The notes beneath the pieces were generated by a model. That model was not told the DNA's origin and did no database searches. It was given only the letters and a program-made list of their open reading frames with translations. A stretch of 64,000 bases of DNA, from positions 1-64,000 of the forward strand of contig CBFFRP010000435.1 in the NCBI GenBank assembly GCA_965644295.1. Direction: 5' to 3'. The position numbers were made by a program, and so were the translations under genes. This document shows positions 38,445 to 48,600 of the stretch, piece after piece (positions within the stretch are counted from its first letter, which is position 1; every line of letters starts with the position of its first letter). Origin of the DNA: Paraphysomonas bandaiensis (Eukaryota > Protista > Chrysophyceae).

Positions 38445-38459
38445 TAAGAGGAAATTATG
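38445..38459 (+). promoter_or_regulatory. Putative self-primer binding site
   Basis: TAAGAGGAAATTATG directly follows the 5' LTR and is the exact reverse complement of LTR positions 38286-38300. Confidence 0.8.
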
Positions 38460-41400
38460 AAGAAGACAACGAACGACAAGCCAACAAGATTTGCAAGATT
38501 CGGCAAGAAACCGAGCACCGATAGACCAGAACATGTACCGACTTTAAGATATGGTGCCAACTCGAACTTCGCCACATTCAAACAGAGGCTTGTAGTGGTG
38601 GGCATGCAAAAGTACGGTGATCTTGCACGCCTAGTAGAGCTGGACAAATATTATGAGCCCGATGCGATAAACCCAGAGGATTTTGATTTGGAAGACGACC
38701 CCTATGGAGTTAACCTCGACCTGATGAAGGACAAGACCAAGACCAGAGGGAGATTAATAGACAAGATGCGGAACGATAGATCGGCATTCTACTCATTCAT
38801 GGTAGACCATCTGAGCCACGAATCAATGGATGCAGTCAAGCTATTAGATGAATACGAGCTCATGAACAGGACTAAGGATCCTCCACTACTATGGCTGGCT
38901 ATCAAACAAACCCACAAAGTATCCACTAACTCCAGCGTAAGTACAGTGGTACGAGCAGAAGCGAGGAAAAGGTACAAAGACGCTAAACAGGGAGCATATG
39001 AGAGTATAGTTACTTATAAGGAGAGGTTTGATCATCTATTAGAAGCCTACAAAGACATGAACAACGCGGAAATGAATGAAGAAGACATCGCGATGGATTT
39101 CTTCGAAGGGCTGGACGACACGAGATATGGCGAGTTCAAAACTAGCTATCTCAACGATCTAACAATGGGAACGCAAACAGCACCTACGCATGTGAATGAG
39201 ATATATACAAAAGCATCAAAATATCTGACGCCGAAGAGAGCAACGAGAGCAGGCGGTGGATCCGCATTCGTGAGCAAATCGAAGTCTGACAAAGGCAAGA
39301 AATCAGCAGATAGCGATGATACACCAGAGCAGCAACAAGGGAACGACACGAAGTCGCACAACAGCAAACGTGGTCAGAAAAAAAGGCAGCTCATATGTTG
39401 GGGCTGCGGTGAGCCAGGCCACAGAATGAACGAATGCCCAGACAGTAGCCAAGAATCAGAAAACAAGCACTGCACGACAACAATGTTGAACGCCTTCACG
39501 TCAGGAAGCGAGCCATTCCAATGGTACGAGGTATTACTCGACAACCAGGCGGATGTCTCGGTAGTACACCCAAGACTACTGAACAATGTAAGACCGGCGT
39601 CCAAAGGATGCACCGTGGCGGGATTATCGGGACACGCACTGGAACTACCGAATGTAGGCGAGCTAGACCAATTCTTCACCTGTAAGACAGCAGATGAGCT
39701 AAGGGCAAGCGTGCTATGTCAGGCGGACGTAGAAGACATATATGAAGTGACATATAGGCAGGGAGAGTCTTTCACTGTCCACTTACCTGACAGTGATTTG
39801 ACTTTCTATCGAAAGAACAAGATGTATGTGGCCGACATGCGCGACTGGGCGACGGCCAAAGTCAACGTAACGACTGTAGCGGAGCGCGAAGCCCAATATT
39901 CGAAAGTAGAAGTCGCGAGAGCACGAGAAGCACGAGACCTGATCCGAAACTCGGGCTTCGACTCGGAGAGAGATGCTGTGCAGCTAGTGAGCGACGGAAA
40001 CGTTACAGGGGTGCGACTTACCCCGAGTGATATCAGAAGAGCTTTTGACATATATGGGAGGCCGTTCGAAGCAGTGAGAGGCAAGCAGACGAATAAGAAA
40101 GTCAGCCGGCAATACGCGGATCCGGAACTGAAGGCAGAACAGCAGAAGGAGCAAAGGCTGTACACAGACATCTTCAGTGTGAGACAGCAATCGTTCATGC
40201 TCACACTAGCGGAACCATTGGGACTAACCATCGTTACTTCACTCGAAAACGAAACAACGGATCAGTTGGGATTGGCCCTACAGGAACAAGTAAACCTGTT
40301 AAGAAGCTACGGGTACATACCGACAGTTACCTACCTGGACCCTCAGCCGGGATTCAAGGCCCTGAGAGGCAAAATCACAGGGATGGAGATTGACGTGGCA
40401 GGGGCTGGAGATCACCTGGACAAGATCGACGCGAAGATTAGGCGACTCAAAGAGACAATACGCAGTGTACATTCAGGGCTACCATGGAACCTACCAGATG
40501 CCAACGTCAGAGACCTGGTGAGATACGCCAACAGCCGCATGAACTTGAGGAGGCCATCCACCAATGGCACAACTGTAGCACCGCGAGTGGCATTGACTGG
40601 TCGGAAACCCAATTATAAAAAGGAACTGTCACTGGCTTTCGGGGACTACGTAGAATGCTATGACCCGAAGGTCAAGAGCAATAACGCGGAGCAGGCCAGA
40701 ACAGAACCATGTATCGCGCTGTACCCATCCGGCAACGCAAACGGGAGTTGGATATTTTTAAACCTTAAAACAAATAAATATGTGAGTAGGACCAACTGGG
40801 TGAAGATGGTGACCACGCAAATAGTAATCGACGCCGTGAATAGAATATCGTCATTGCACAACAAGTCACACTCACCTGTCACGACCAGTGAGAATGAGAG
40901 TCGAGAGATCGAGGATACCACGCCACCAGCTGAGAATGACGAGATCGATAAGCCGAAGGAGCCTCACGAGGAGGGGCAGATGACAGCCATTGACACAGAC
41001 GAAGGGCACGGCCACACAGAAGAGAGAGAGAGAACAAAAATCACGGAACTAGTCGACGATGATGGCGACAGGGCTGATGGGCCGAGCGAACAGGAACCGG
41101 GCGCTGCAACACCCAACGACATCGACGATCCGGAAATTACAGGGGTGGAAACTACAGGGATGACACACAATACAAGCGAAGTACTATCATCACCATCAGC
41201 CGGAGTATCATCACCATCAGCCGGAGCAAGGATAGCGGCAGGCACAAGAAGAAAGCCCGTAATGTATCGAGCCTATCACACAAGCGTAACCAAAGGCTTA
41301 AAGGAACACGGCAAAGAAGCCTACCTGGCGATAGTACGGGAGCTGAAGCAGCTGCTGCATGAAAAAAAGGCGATAGTTCCAGTACACCGGAGTGACCTGT

Positions 41401-42860
41401 CCAAGACTCAACTCAAACGATCAATTCGATCGCTGATGTTCTTGAAGACGAAATACGACGGACTCGGAAGGTTCGAGAAAATCAAGGCGAGGCTGGTTGC
41501 GAACGGGGCGCAGCAGGACCGGAAACTGTACCCAGACACGTCGTCACCCACTGTGGACATACAGTCAGTATTCGCATGCCTAGCAATAGCAGCGAGAGAG
41601 GGGAGACATGTATCGACAATTGATATAGGTGGTGCATACCTCAATGCGGAGATGTCAGGCGAAGAGGTAATAATGGAATTGGAGCCGATGTTGGCCACAA
41701 TACTCAGAAAACTAGACCCCACAATCCAGCCGTATGTTGATGAAAGAGGCAAAATATTGGTGCGCCTAGACAAAGCGTTATATGGATGCGTGCAGAGCGC
41801 CAAGCTCTGGTACAACACGATAAGAGCTTACCTGGAAAGCATTGGTTTCGTGGCTAACCCGGTGGATCAGTGTGTTCTCAATAGGACTGTCAACGGCAAG
41901 CAGTGCACTATAACACTACACGTGGACGATCTGCTAGTGCTATCACAAGACAAGCGTGACACCGAGTGGTTGGTGGAACAACTAAAGAAACAATATGGTG
42001 AGGTAAAATACTGTGATGACAAAGACATGTCGTATTTAGGTATGCATGTGAGCATGATAGATGACAGGGCAGTGGTGTCAATGAGGGCTTACCTAGACGG
42101 AGTGCTGGAGGAGGCAGCGGTCACTGGCAGAGCAGCATCTCCAGCGACATCATCACTGTTCACAGAGGGCGCAGGACAGAAATTGGGGAGGAAGGAGGCT
42201 GCCAATTTCCATTCAGTGGTGGCCAAATTGCTATATCTGTCAATAAGAGTTAGACCAGACATCCTGCTCAGTATAGCGTACCTCACAACAAGAGTGAAGG
42301 GTCCGACAATCGGAGATCAGCAGAAGTTGAATCGAGTGCTGAAATACCTTGCGCACACAAGGGATCAAGATCTGCAGCTGAAGATTGGAGAACAGCTGCG
42401 GGTAAGAAGCTTCATCGACGCTTCGTTCGCCACCCACGAAGACGGAAAAGGGCATACAGGCGTAGTTGTACAGCTTGGGGGGGCCACAGTACTATGCCGA
42501 TCAACTAAGCAACGAATCGTGACGAAAGACTCGACCGAATCCGAGCTGGTCGGCCTATCTGATATGATGTCTAATGCAATGAGATTACATGAGTTTGTGT
42601 GTGGGCAGGGCTATGCGCTTGACCCACCTGTTATTTATCAGGACAACTTGTCGAATCTCAGTCTCGTAACGAAAGGAGGAGGCAAATACCGATCGAAATA
42701 TCTACGAGTAAGGCAGGCTTTAGTCGAAGAACACCATGATAGGGGAGACGTGAAGCTTCAGTACTTACCTACAGGAGAGATGTTGGCTGATGTGCTGACT
42801 AAACCCCTACAAGGAAAATTGTTTCGTCATTTGATATGTCTGATCGTTGGGAACGAGTAG
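38457..42860 (+). CDS. Copia polyprotein Gag-PR-IN-RT-RNase H, 1467 aa
   Basis: CWGCGEPGHRMNEC, LLDNQAD, integrase core before RT, KIKARLVA, KALYG, LHVDDLL, FIDASF and ADVLTKPL. Confidence 0.95.
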   Translation: MKKTTNDKPTRFARFGKKPSTDRPEHVPTLRYGANSNFATFKQRLVVVGMQKYGDLARLVELDKYYEPDAINPEDFDLEDDPYGVNLDLMKDKTKTRGRLIDKMRNDRSAFYSFMVDHLSHESMDAVKLLDEYELMNRTKDPPLLWLAIKQTHKVSTNSSVSTVVRAEARKRYKDAKQGAYESIVTYKERFDHLLEAYKDMNNAEMNEEDIAMDFFEGLDDTRYGEFKTSYLNDLTMGTQTAPTHVNEIYTKASKYLTPKRATRAGGGSAFVSKSKSDKGKKSADSDDTPEQQQGNDTKSHNSKRGQKKRQLICWGCGEPGHRMNECPDSSQESENKHCTTTMLNAFTSGSEPFQWYEVLLDNQADVSVVHPRLLNNVRPASKGCTVAGLSGHALELPNVGELDQFFTCKTADELRASVLCQADVEDIYEVTYRQGESFTVHLPDSDLTFYRKNKMYVADMRDWATAKVNVTTVAEREAQYSKVEVARAREARDLIRNSGFDSERDAVQLVSDGNVTGVRLTPSDIRRAFDIYGRPFEAVRGKQTNKKVSRQYADPELKAEQQKEQRLYTDIFSVRQQSFMLTLAEPLGLTIVTSLENETTDQLGLALQEQVNLLRSYGYIPTVTYLDPQPGFKALRGKITGMEIDVAGAGDHLDKIDAKIRRLKETIRSVHSGLPWNLPDANVRDLVRYANSRMNLRRPSTNGTTVAPRVALTGRKPNYKKELSLAFGDYVECYDPKVKSNNAEQARTEPCIALYPSGNANGSWIFLNLKTNKYVSRTNWVKMVTTQIVIDAVNRISSLHNKSHSPVTTSENESREIEDTTPPAENDEIDKPKEPHEEGQMTAIDTDEGHGHTEERERTKITELVDDDGDRADGPSEQEPGAATPNDIDDPEITGVETTGMTHNTSEVLSSPSAGVSSPSAGARIAAGTRRKPVMYRAYHTSVTKGLKEHGKEAYLAIVRELKQLLHEKKAIVPVHRSDLSKTQLKRSIRSLMFLKTKYDGLGRFEKIKARLVANGAQQDRKLYPDTSSPTVDIQSVFACLAIAAREGRHVSTIDIGGAYLNAEMSGEEVIMELEPMLATILRKLDPTIQPYVDERGKILVRLDKALYGCVQSAKLWYNTIRAYLESIGFVANPVDQCVLNRTVNGKQCTITLHVDDLLVLSQDKRDTEWLVEQLKKQYGEVKYCDDKDMSYLGMHVSMIDDRAVVSMRAYLDGVLEEAAVTGRAASPATSSLFTEGAGQKLGRKEAANFHSVVAKLLYLSIRVRPDILLSIAYLTTRVKGPTIGDQQKLNRVLKYLAHTRDQDLQLKIGEQLRVRSFIDASFATHEDGKGHTGVVVQLGGATVLCRSTKQRIVTKDSTESELVGLSDMMSNAMRLHEFVCGQGYALDPPVIYQDNLSNLSLVTKGGGKYRSKYLRVRQALVEEHHDRGDVKLQYLPTGEMLADVLTKPLQGKLFRHLICLIVGNE

Positions 42861-43276
42861 ACACATCACAGGGGTGCGTAGAGGAATGAGAGGATGTTCT
42901 TTTCAGTTTAGTACTTGAAGTGACTGTATAAGATATGCATAGGGCACATAGAGGTGTATGGTGTTATATTATGCAGTGTGTAGTGTACGGCTGTAGAATA
43001 GAGGCATAATTTCCTCTTACTGAGAAGTTCTGTAGTAACGATAAAGAGAACCTTGCTTTGACTACCTGTAGTGTAGACTGTGTGAAAGCAACGGGGGTAT
43101 TCCGTCCGTTTATTGATTAGTAACATCCGTAACATTCGACCGAGTACCGTATTTTTCTCTGCGTGTATAATGGTATGTATTACATAATACAGCGGTATGT
43201 ATTCTAGCTGTTGATATGGTTTGATACATACATGACATTACTATGAGATTACACGCATGAATAGAAGGTCTATAGC

Positions 43277-44340
43277 ATCAGTAAAACAATGATCTCAGCT
43301 CTTCCGTAGACGTGTTTCGACGGAGTTGTGTGTATGGATCATATCCAAGGTGAGTTGTTCCTCCCTATGATCTCAGAGACAACAATACAAGACCTATAGA
43401 GAGGTACACACAGAAAGGCTAAAAGCGCCCTCATTGCCCTCTTTATGTGTGTGGTACGACACATAGGATGGCGGAATAAGGTGAATACAGAACTTAAGCC
43501 ACTACAGCTACCAGTATGGCTATGTATAATATATATATGGGGTAGGGGATGTACGCACTATATGTATGTATATATATATGTATGTGTTCCATTAAATATC
43601 TCACAGGATTAACATCAGTCTGTATGTACAGGACGATGAATACGACTGAGGGTGTCATATTTAGATATTACAAGTATGATATTTCAGCTGTGGATATATT
43701 GTGGAGAGGAATTATCGAAGAAGTCACCCCACTTGAAGTCATCCACAGAAGACATGCAATGTATGTATCATTGAATTGTATGATGATCTTATATAGCTTC
43801 TTTTGTGTGATTAGTCCTATATGTTAAGCCTTATAGAATGTATATCACGATTTAAATAATGTATGTATAATATATATGTATGTATGCATGTAAGTATTTT
43901 GCATCACTAACTTATAGGCTGTGATACAGATAATATCATCACGACTCACAACTGGGGAGTACTCACAGACTTCCCGCTCCATGAACTACGAAAAGAGGTG
44001 CGTATTAGTTGTGGCATGATGTATGTATTATAACATAGTAATGTATGACACTATGTATTACATACTATACCATTTATATGTGATAAATATGGTATAATAT
44101 ATTGCCAGCAAGAAGACACTGGGTGATATGTAATTGATGTAGGATGACGAAACATCCCAGACTTTTTCTTGGCAACAAGCTTCGGATATGCTGGGAGTGG
44201 AAGTGTAATTCGCGTGTTTAGTTGTCTGTGGTGGGAAATCTCTATTACCCCATGTGTAATATAGTTATTAGTTACGTGTTAATATATTTGGTTTTTTGTC
44301 TGATATGTAACAATTGAGCCCTTACGCTCCATATAGTAAT
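43277..44340. repeat. Dispersed non-coding repeat with a second copy at about 54571-55810
   Basis: Colinear similarity, e.g. CTTCCGTAGACGT and TCGAAGAAGTCACCCCACT.GAAGTCATCCACA. Confidence 0.8.
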
Positions 44341-44384
44341 AATTTACTTGAACTGCCGAACTATACCATTACTTTTACCTTTTA

Positions 44385-44650
44385 ATTGTCTTTTAAAAAG
44401 TAGTACACGTGACGCACTGTCATCTAAACTGTTTCATACACTTTCATATGAACCGTGGTATAAATGTCATCTGAATGATTGTTGCATGCACTGTCATACG
44501 AAATGCCGATTAAGGATTAACAGCGTGCGCTGTCATCTGAACTGCTGCATGCACTCTCATATGAACTGTCATACGAAATGCTGACAAACTGTTGCGTGCA
44601 CTGCCATCTAAACTATTGCATAAACCGTCATATGATCTGCCGATGGACTG
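44385..44650. repeat. Degenerate short tandem repeat (CACTGTCAT...AACTG units)
   Basis: Several imperfect copies are visible. Confidence 0.6.
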
Positions 44651-47319
44651 CCTCTATTTTACCGGATATTGCTTACTGAGTTGTAGAAAAATTTCTTCAT
44701 CCAGAATGTAGTCACCTCCGTTACCAATACATATGACCAAAAACTTCAATCAAAGTATCATTCGGAAACTCTCCAGTATGAGAGTGGTACAATGAAGAGG
44801 ATACTGGTGGATCTTCATGTATGTATCGTATCCATCATTCAGGGAATAGTTTCATCATGCCGCCGTCATATCTATCTGTCTTGGTGCATAGACGCTTTGA
44901 GACTACCTCCTGAGCGCTTCCGATCGCTGTTCTCTGTCTTCTTGTCAGTGATATGTAGCAATTGGGCCGTTAGTGTGATGATATGATTCCACTCTTCCAT
45001 GACAGTGTATACCATACCACTATACGTACTATACAGTCACCCCACTACCATACATAACCAACGAGACAGCACATATTTCCCAAAATCCTGCCATTATTCA
45101 ATGGTTGTTTTCTACAGAGGAGTCTCACGATATTTTTGTCTAATATTATCTGATTTCAGGATTTTGGGAAATCTCTTCTTCCCACCCTCACCTTAATATT
45201 AGGCTGTTTTTTCCTAAAATCCTGCTATTTTGATGCGAGCCGGGTGTCAAAATAATATTTTGCCATTATTTTGATTTTTGACTGCAAAACGCACCCCACT
45301 GTCAAAATAATACCATTTTTTTGATTTTGACATGTCCTAAGGAACGGCCTTACCGACTTTTTTATCGACTTTGGCCAAAGTCGATATTCATCTACATTCG
45401 ACCGAATGGTGCGTGTATACAACAATGTAACATATTATTGTGATTTGATTCAGTGTCGGGCACATTGTATTCGCAGAAGATGGCTGAAAGTGGCGTTGTG
45501 GAAGCGAATATGTTGTCGTAGATATCGAATAATTGGTCTTACTCAGCCAGAGATATAAGAGCTTTAAGCGAGCTCAGACGACTTTAGTTTGGGAACAAGT
45601 TTACTGTTGCGTGCGAGAGTGCCTTTGTCGCACGAGTCATTCTAATTTATACTTTACCTCCTCGATGCTTCTTTATCAGTTATCATACAAGGCGTCGATG
45701 TGGACACAGCCACGTGGGGATCGGATTTCCCCTAATTTTTGTGCAGGGTAGGAATAAGAAATTGAACTGGGAATTCACATGCTCCGATTTATGGCATCGG
45801 AAGGGCCAAGCACTTGTTTATCTGGACGCTCTATGGAGTGAGATCACTGCATCTGTACATTTCACTTCATAACGGCTTTTTGTGGATACTTATACGAGGG
45901 AAGTTTGTCACTGAGGGACCAATGTGTCAATATTTCTTATTCGCTTTAGTCAGGGACAGGATCTCTTTGACGATTAATTTCTTGACCAATGGGCTAGGCA
46001 ATCCTTTCAGGCAATTGTGCACTATGAGTCAATGTCCAATAATATACATGTCAATGTACAATATATTTAAGCATTTCTAATTTAGCATCAAGAAAATCTT
46101 GGAATTTTTCGTTTCCTTGTATTATCTCAGTTTTGCTTAACTAGTTCTCACTCTTACATCTTACACGCCTATTGCTAAAACCAGACATTCACTGCTGTAT
46201 TATCTCATCTGTTGCATTTTGGAAACTTTCGGGACAAGTTATTTCATCTCCTTTTATTCACTTATTAGTATACTTGCTTAAAATATCTATCCATGCATCT
46301 AATAAACCATCAGACACAATAATGTCAAGTAAATCTCTATCAGTCATCGGTCATAAGATAAGTCTAAGTCATTTTGGTACACTTTATCCATGATGCAGAT
46401 CAATAAAATACATGACGTCAGAGGCAGCGAAATAGCAGTTGCGTCTAGCCAACTAGTACCTTCATAAATACTTGCCTTCTTCTTGGCTAAGGTGGTCTCA
46501 CATGTCTCGGGTAGCTCCTTCTTTTCCTTCAAAATTTTCAGCACTTTTATTCGCTTGCGTGCCAAGTTTCAGACCCTTTGTTCCGAATAGATCGCAGATC
46601 TCATTCTCTCCCATTCAAACTCTTTAAGTGTATCGATTTCAGTGGTCATTCTTGTAGCTTACTATGATTATATACATAGGAAGTAATAAGCAATATGACT
46701 GATCAGTTTGCAGTATTTCTTGTATGGTGAGAAAATAAAAGTCGAGTTTCTCAAAAGTCGAGTTTTGCAATTCTCGAGAAATTTGCTTGTATATGGAGAG
46801 AATATTGGCACTCGAGTTTTGCAAAAGTCGAGTTTTGCATTTCTCGAGTTTTGGCCTTGTATGGGGTGGCCCTTAATACTGCAGACAAAGTGTTTGGAGA
46901 GATGAGATGGTGTGGGGGGTCATGTATCATCTCTGGGGCTTCGATTCTAGGCAAGTCAGTATTCGACCGAAAAAGATGGGATCCCACACAGTGTACTGTG
47001 AGGTAATATACTCACCGGAATTTGGGACATGCCCAAATAATATGTCATAGCAATGGATGGAGGACATTGGTAATAAGCCATATCAATCAATTTGATTAGA
47101 TTTAAGTGCATCACTGCCATCTATAGAAATTTTGTGGATATATATGCTACCTTAAGTAACATTATGCAAACGTGGGAATTTTACAATATTTTGGGAAATT
47201 TAGGAGTATTTACAGCATATAAATAGAAATGTTTTAAAAACTATACAATTTGTAGTATTAGGGTTAGAGACAACAAAAAATATTAATTTTATTAACATTT
47301 TAAGCCCTATAGGATGTAA

Positions 47320-48600
47320 GAGAAGCACGTGTTCGCTTACCAGCAACCACGTTATCTGCCCTTATACTACACCACTGTCAACCCATTGATCATCATGAGC
47401 AACATAAGTGTAGCTGCCAGCAGTCATTGTCCTATTCAAACCTACTTTGTTTCGAACTACTTGTGGTCTTAAATACAATGACTTAAGTCTATCAGTACGA
47501 CCATCAATAATATAGGTAACATCATATAACTTTCCATTCAATGTAGTAACTATACCATTGAGCCCATGAATATTTCTCACTTTCTCATCCATCTCTACAT
47601 CGTCAGGTGGAAGGTCCTCCGGAGCGTAGTCGACGGGAACCTGATCAGATGGGGCCTCCAGTCTACCAAGTTTCCACAAGCCAGATTCTAAATTTCGATT
47701 CCAGTGAACCAGGGGTACCATTATATCTAAAACACAGTTGGATTGCGAGTGTACTTCCAGTACACACGCTTCTGCGTACCATTTCGAAGTAAAAATTCTT
47801 GTCCCTCTCTGTCAAATGGAGCGGTGGGATCGTTTAATCGGCGTTAGGCTAAAATAAAACTGGCCCCTGGTAGCTCATCATCCTTCAATTTATACCGCTC
47901 CTTCCATTTCCGGAACACTTTAGGCTGCATTGGTAAAGCATTCTGCCCAACTCTTTCTCCTCCAATAATATAAGTCCATTCAACACGAGCATTGTGCTCA
48001 GCACAGTGATCGTCTCTTTTGTATCCCCAGCGAGACCAATTTACACAATATCAGTGGTTCGCATTCGCTGCAAATCAGAGAAAGCTGACTCATGTAGTGG
48101 AAGTACGACAGTACGGTCGGGTGGTTGGTCATTAAACAAAACTTGGCCAAGCGAAACATGCAAAGGATGGCCTTCTCTAATATACTCCTCGACATCTTCT
48201 GACCGTGGCATATCTTTTTCCCAATTCCTCCATTCCTCGGACACTGCAGGGTGCTTTGTTCCTAAACTTGTCTCAACTTTAACCATAACATCATCCAATA
48301 GATCTCGGCAACCTCTAGTAGAGGGGTACGGTGAAGGGCGCCGGGGTGGAATTCTACGCAAAATCTTCATACCGTCAACCATAATTCCAGCTTTAGGATA
48401 TTTAGCTTTCAAAGACATTGGTTGCCTTTGCGTGAACTCCACACGATTTACTCATATATGTGATAATACTGACGTGTTCTTCGCTCGCATATGCTCGATA
48501 CAATACTCTCACACCGTTGGTAAAGTAGATTTCATCAGGAGTAACAGTCTCAAATGACCTAGACTCTGTGCAAGCTGTATGTCGCAATGTATAGACGATG
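47320..48600 (-). pseudogene. C-terminal remnant of the HTHEDID-family transposase
   Basis: KHPAVSEEWRNW matches KNPAVARDWIKW (ORF 3938). WVDSGVV...AGKRTR matches WVHTGTV...TGKRTR (ORF 60183). Confidence 0.65.

Larger units (their letters stand above)
38158..43163 (+). mobile_element. Intact Ty1/copia LTR retrotransposon (CoDi-like) with CG...CG termini and a self-complementary PBS
   Basis: Apparently identical 287-bp LTRs (38158-38444, 42877-43163), 5-bp TSD TGTAT, PPT-like CAGGGGTG and a single uninterrupted ORF. Confidence 0.95.
29839..45349. mobile_element. PIF/Harbinger element (level 2), left TIR split by the level-3 insertion
   Basis: Reconstructed left TIR GGCCGTTCCTTAGGACATGTCAAAATCAAAA matches the right end at 45319-45349. 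TTA TSD on both sides. Confidence 0.85.
29662..46872. mobile_element. Outermost and oldest Harbinger-like TIR element (level 1 of the nest)
   Basis: Imperfect TIRs GGG(T/C)CA(A/C)CCCATAC(T/A)AGGCCAAAACTCGAGAAATGCAA with subterminal AAAACTCGA repeats. Flanks are CTA and TTA. Confidence 0.7.

Noticed and set aside
38189-43135. Antisense ORFs over the copia ORF and LTRs, and the duplicated 88-aa ORFs in the gypsy LTRs
   Set aside because: Shadow ORFs of codon-biased coding DNA or by-products of LTR duplication, with no recognisable motifs.
45364-45385. 22-bp palindrome ATCGACTTTGGCCAAAGTCGAT resembling the AAGTCGAT TIR start
   Set aside because: Better explained as part of the TCGA-rich subterminal repeats of the outer Harbinger-like element; no partner end was found.
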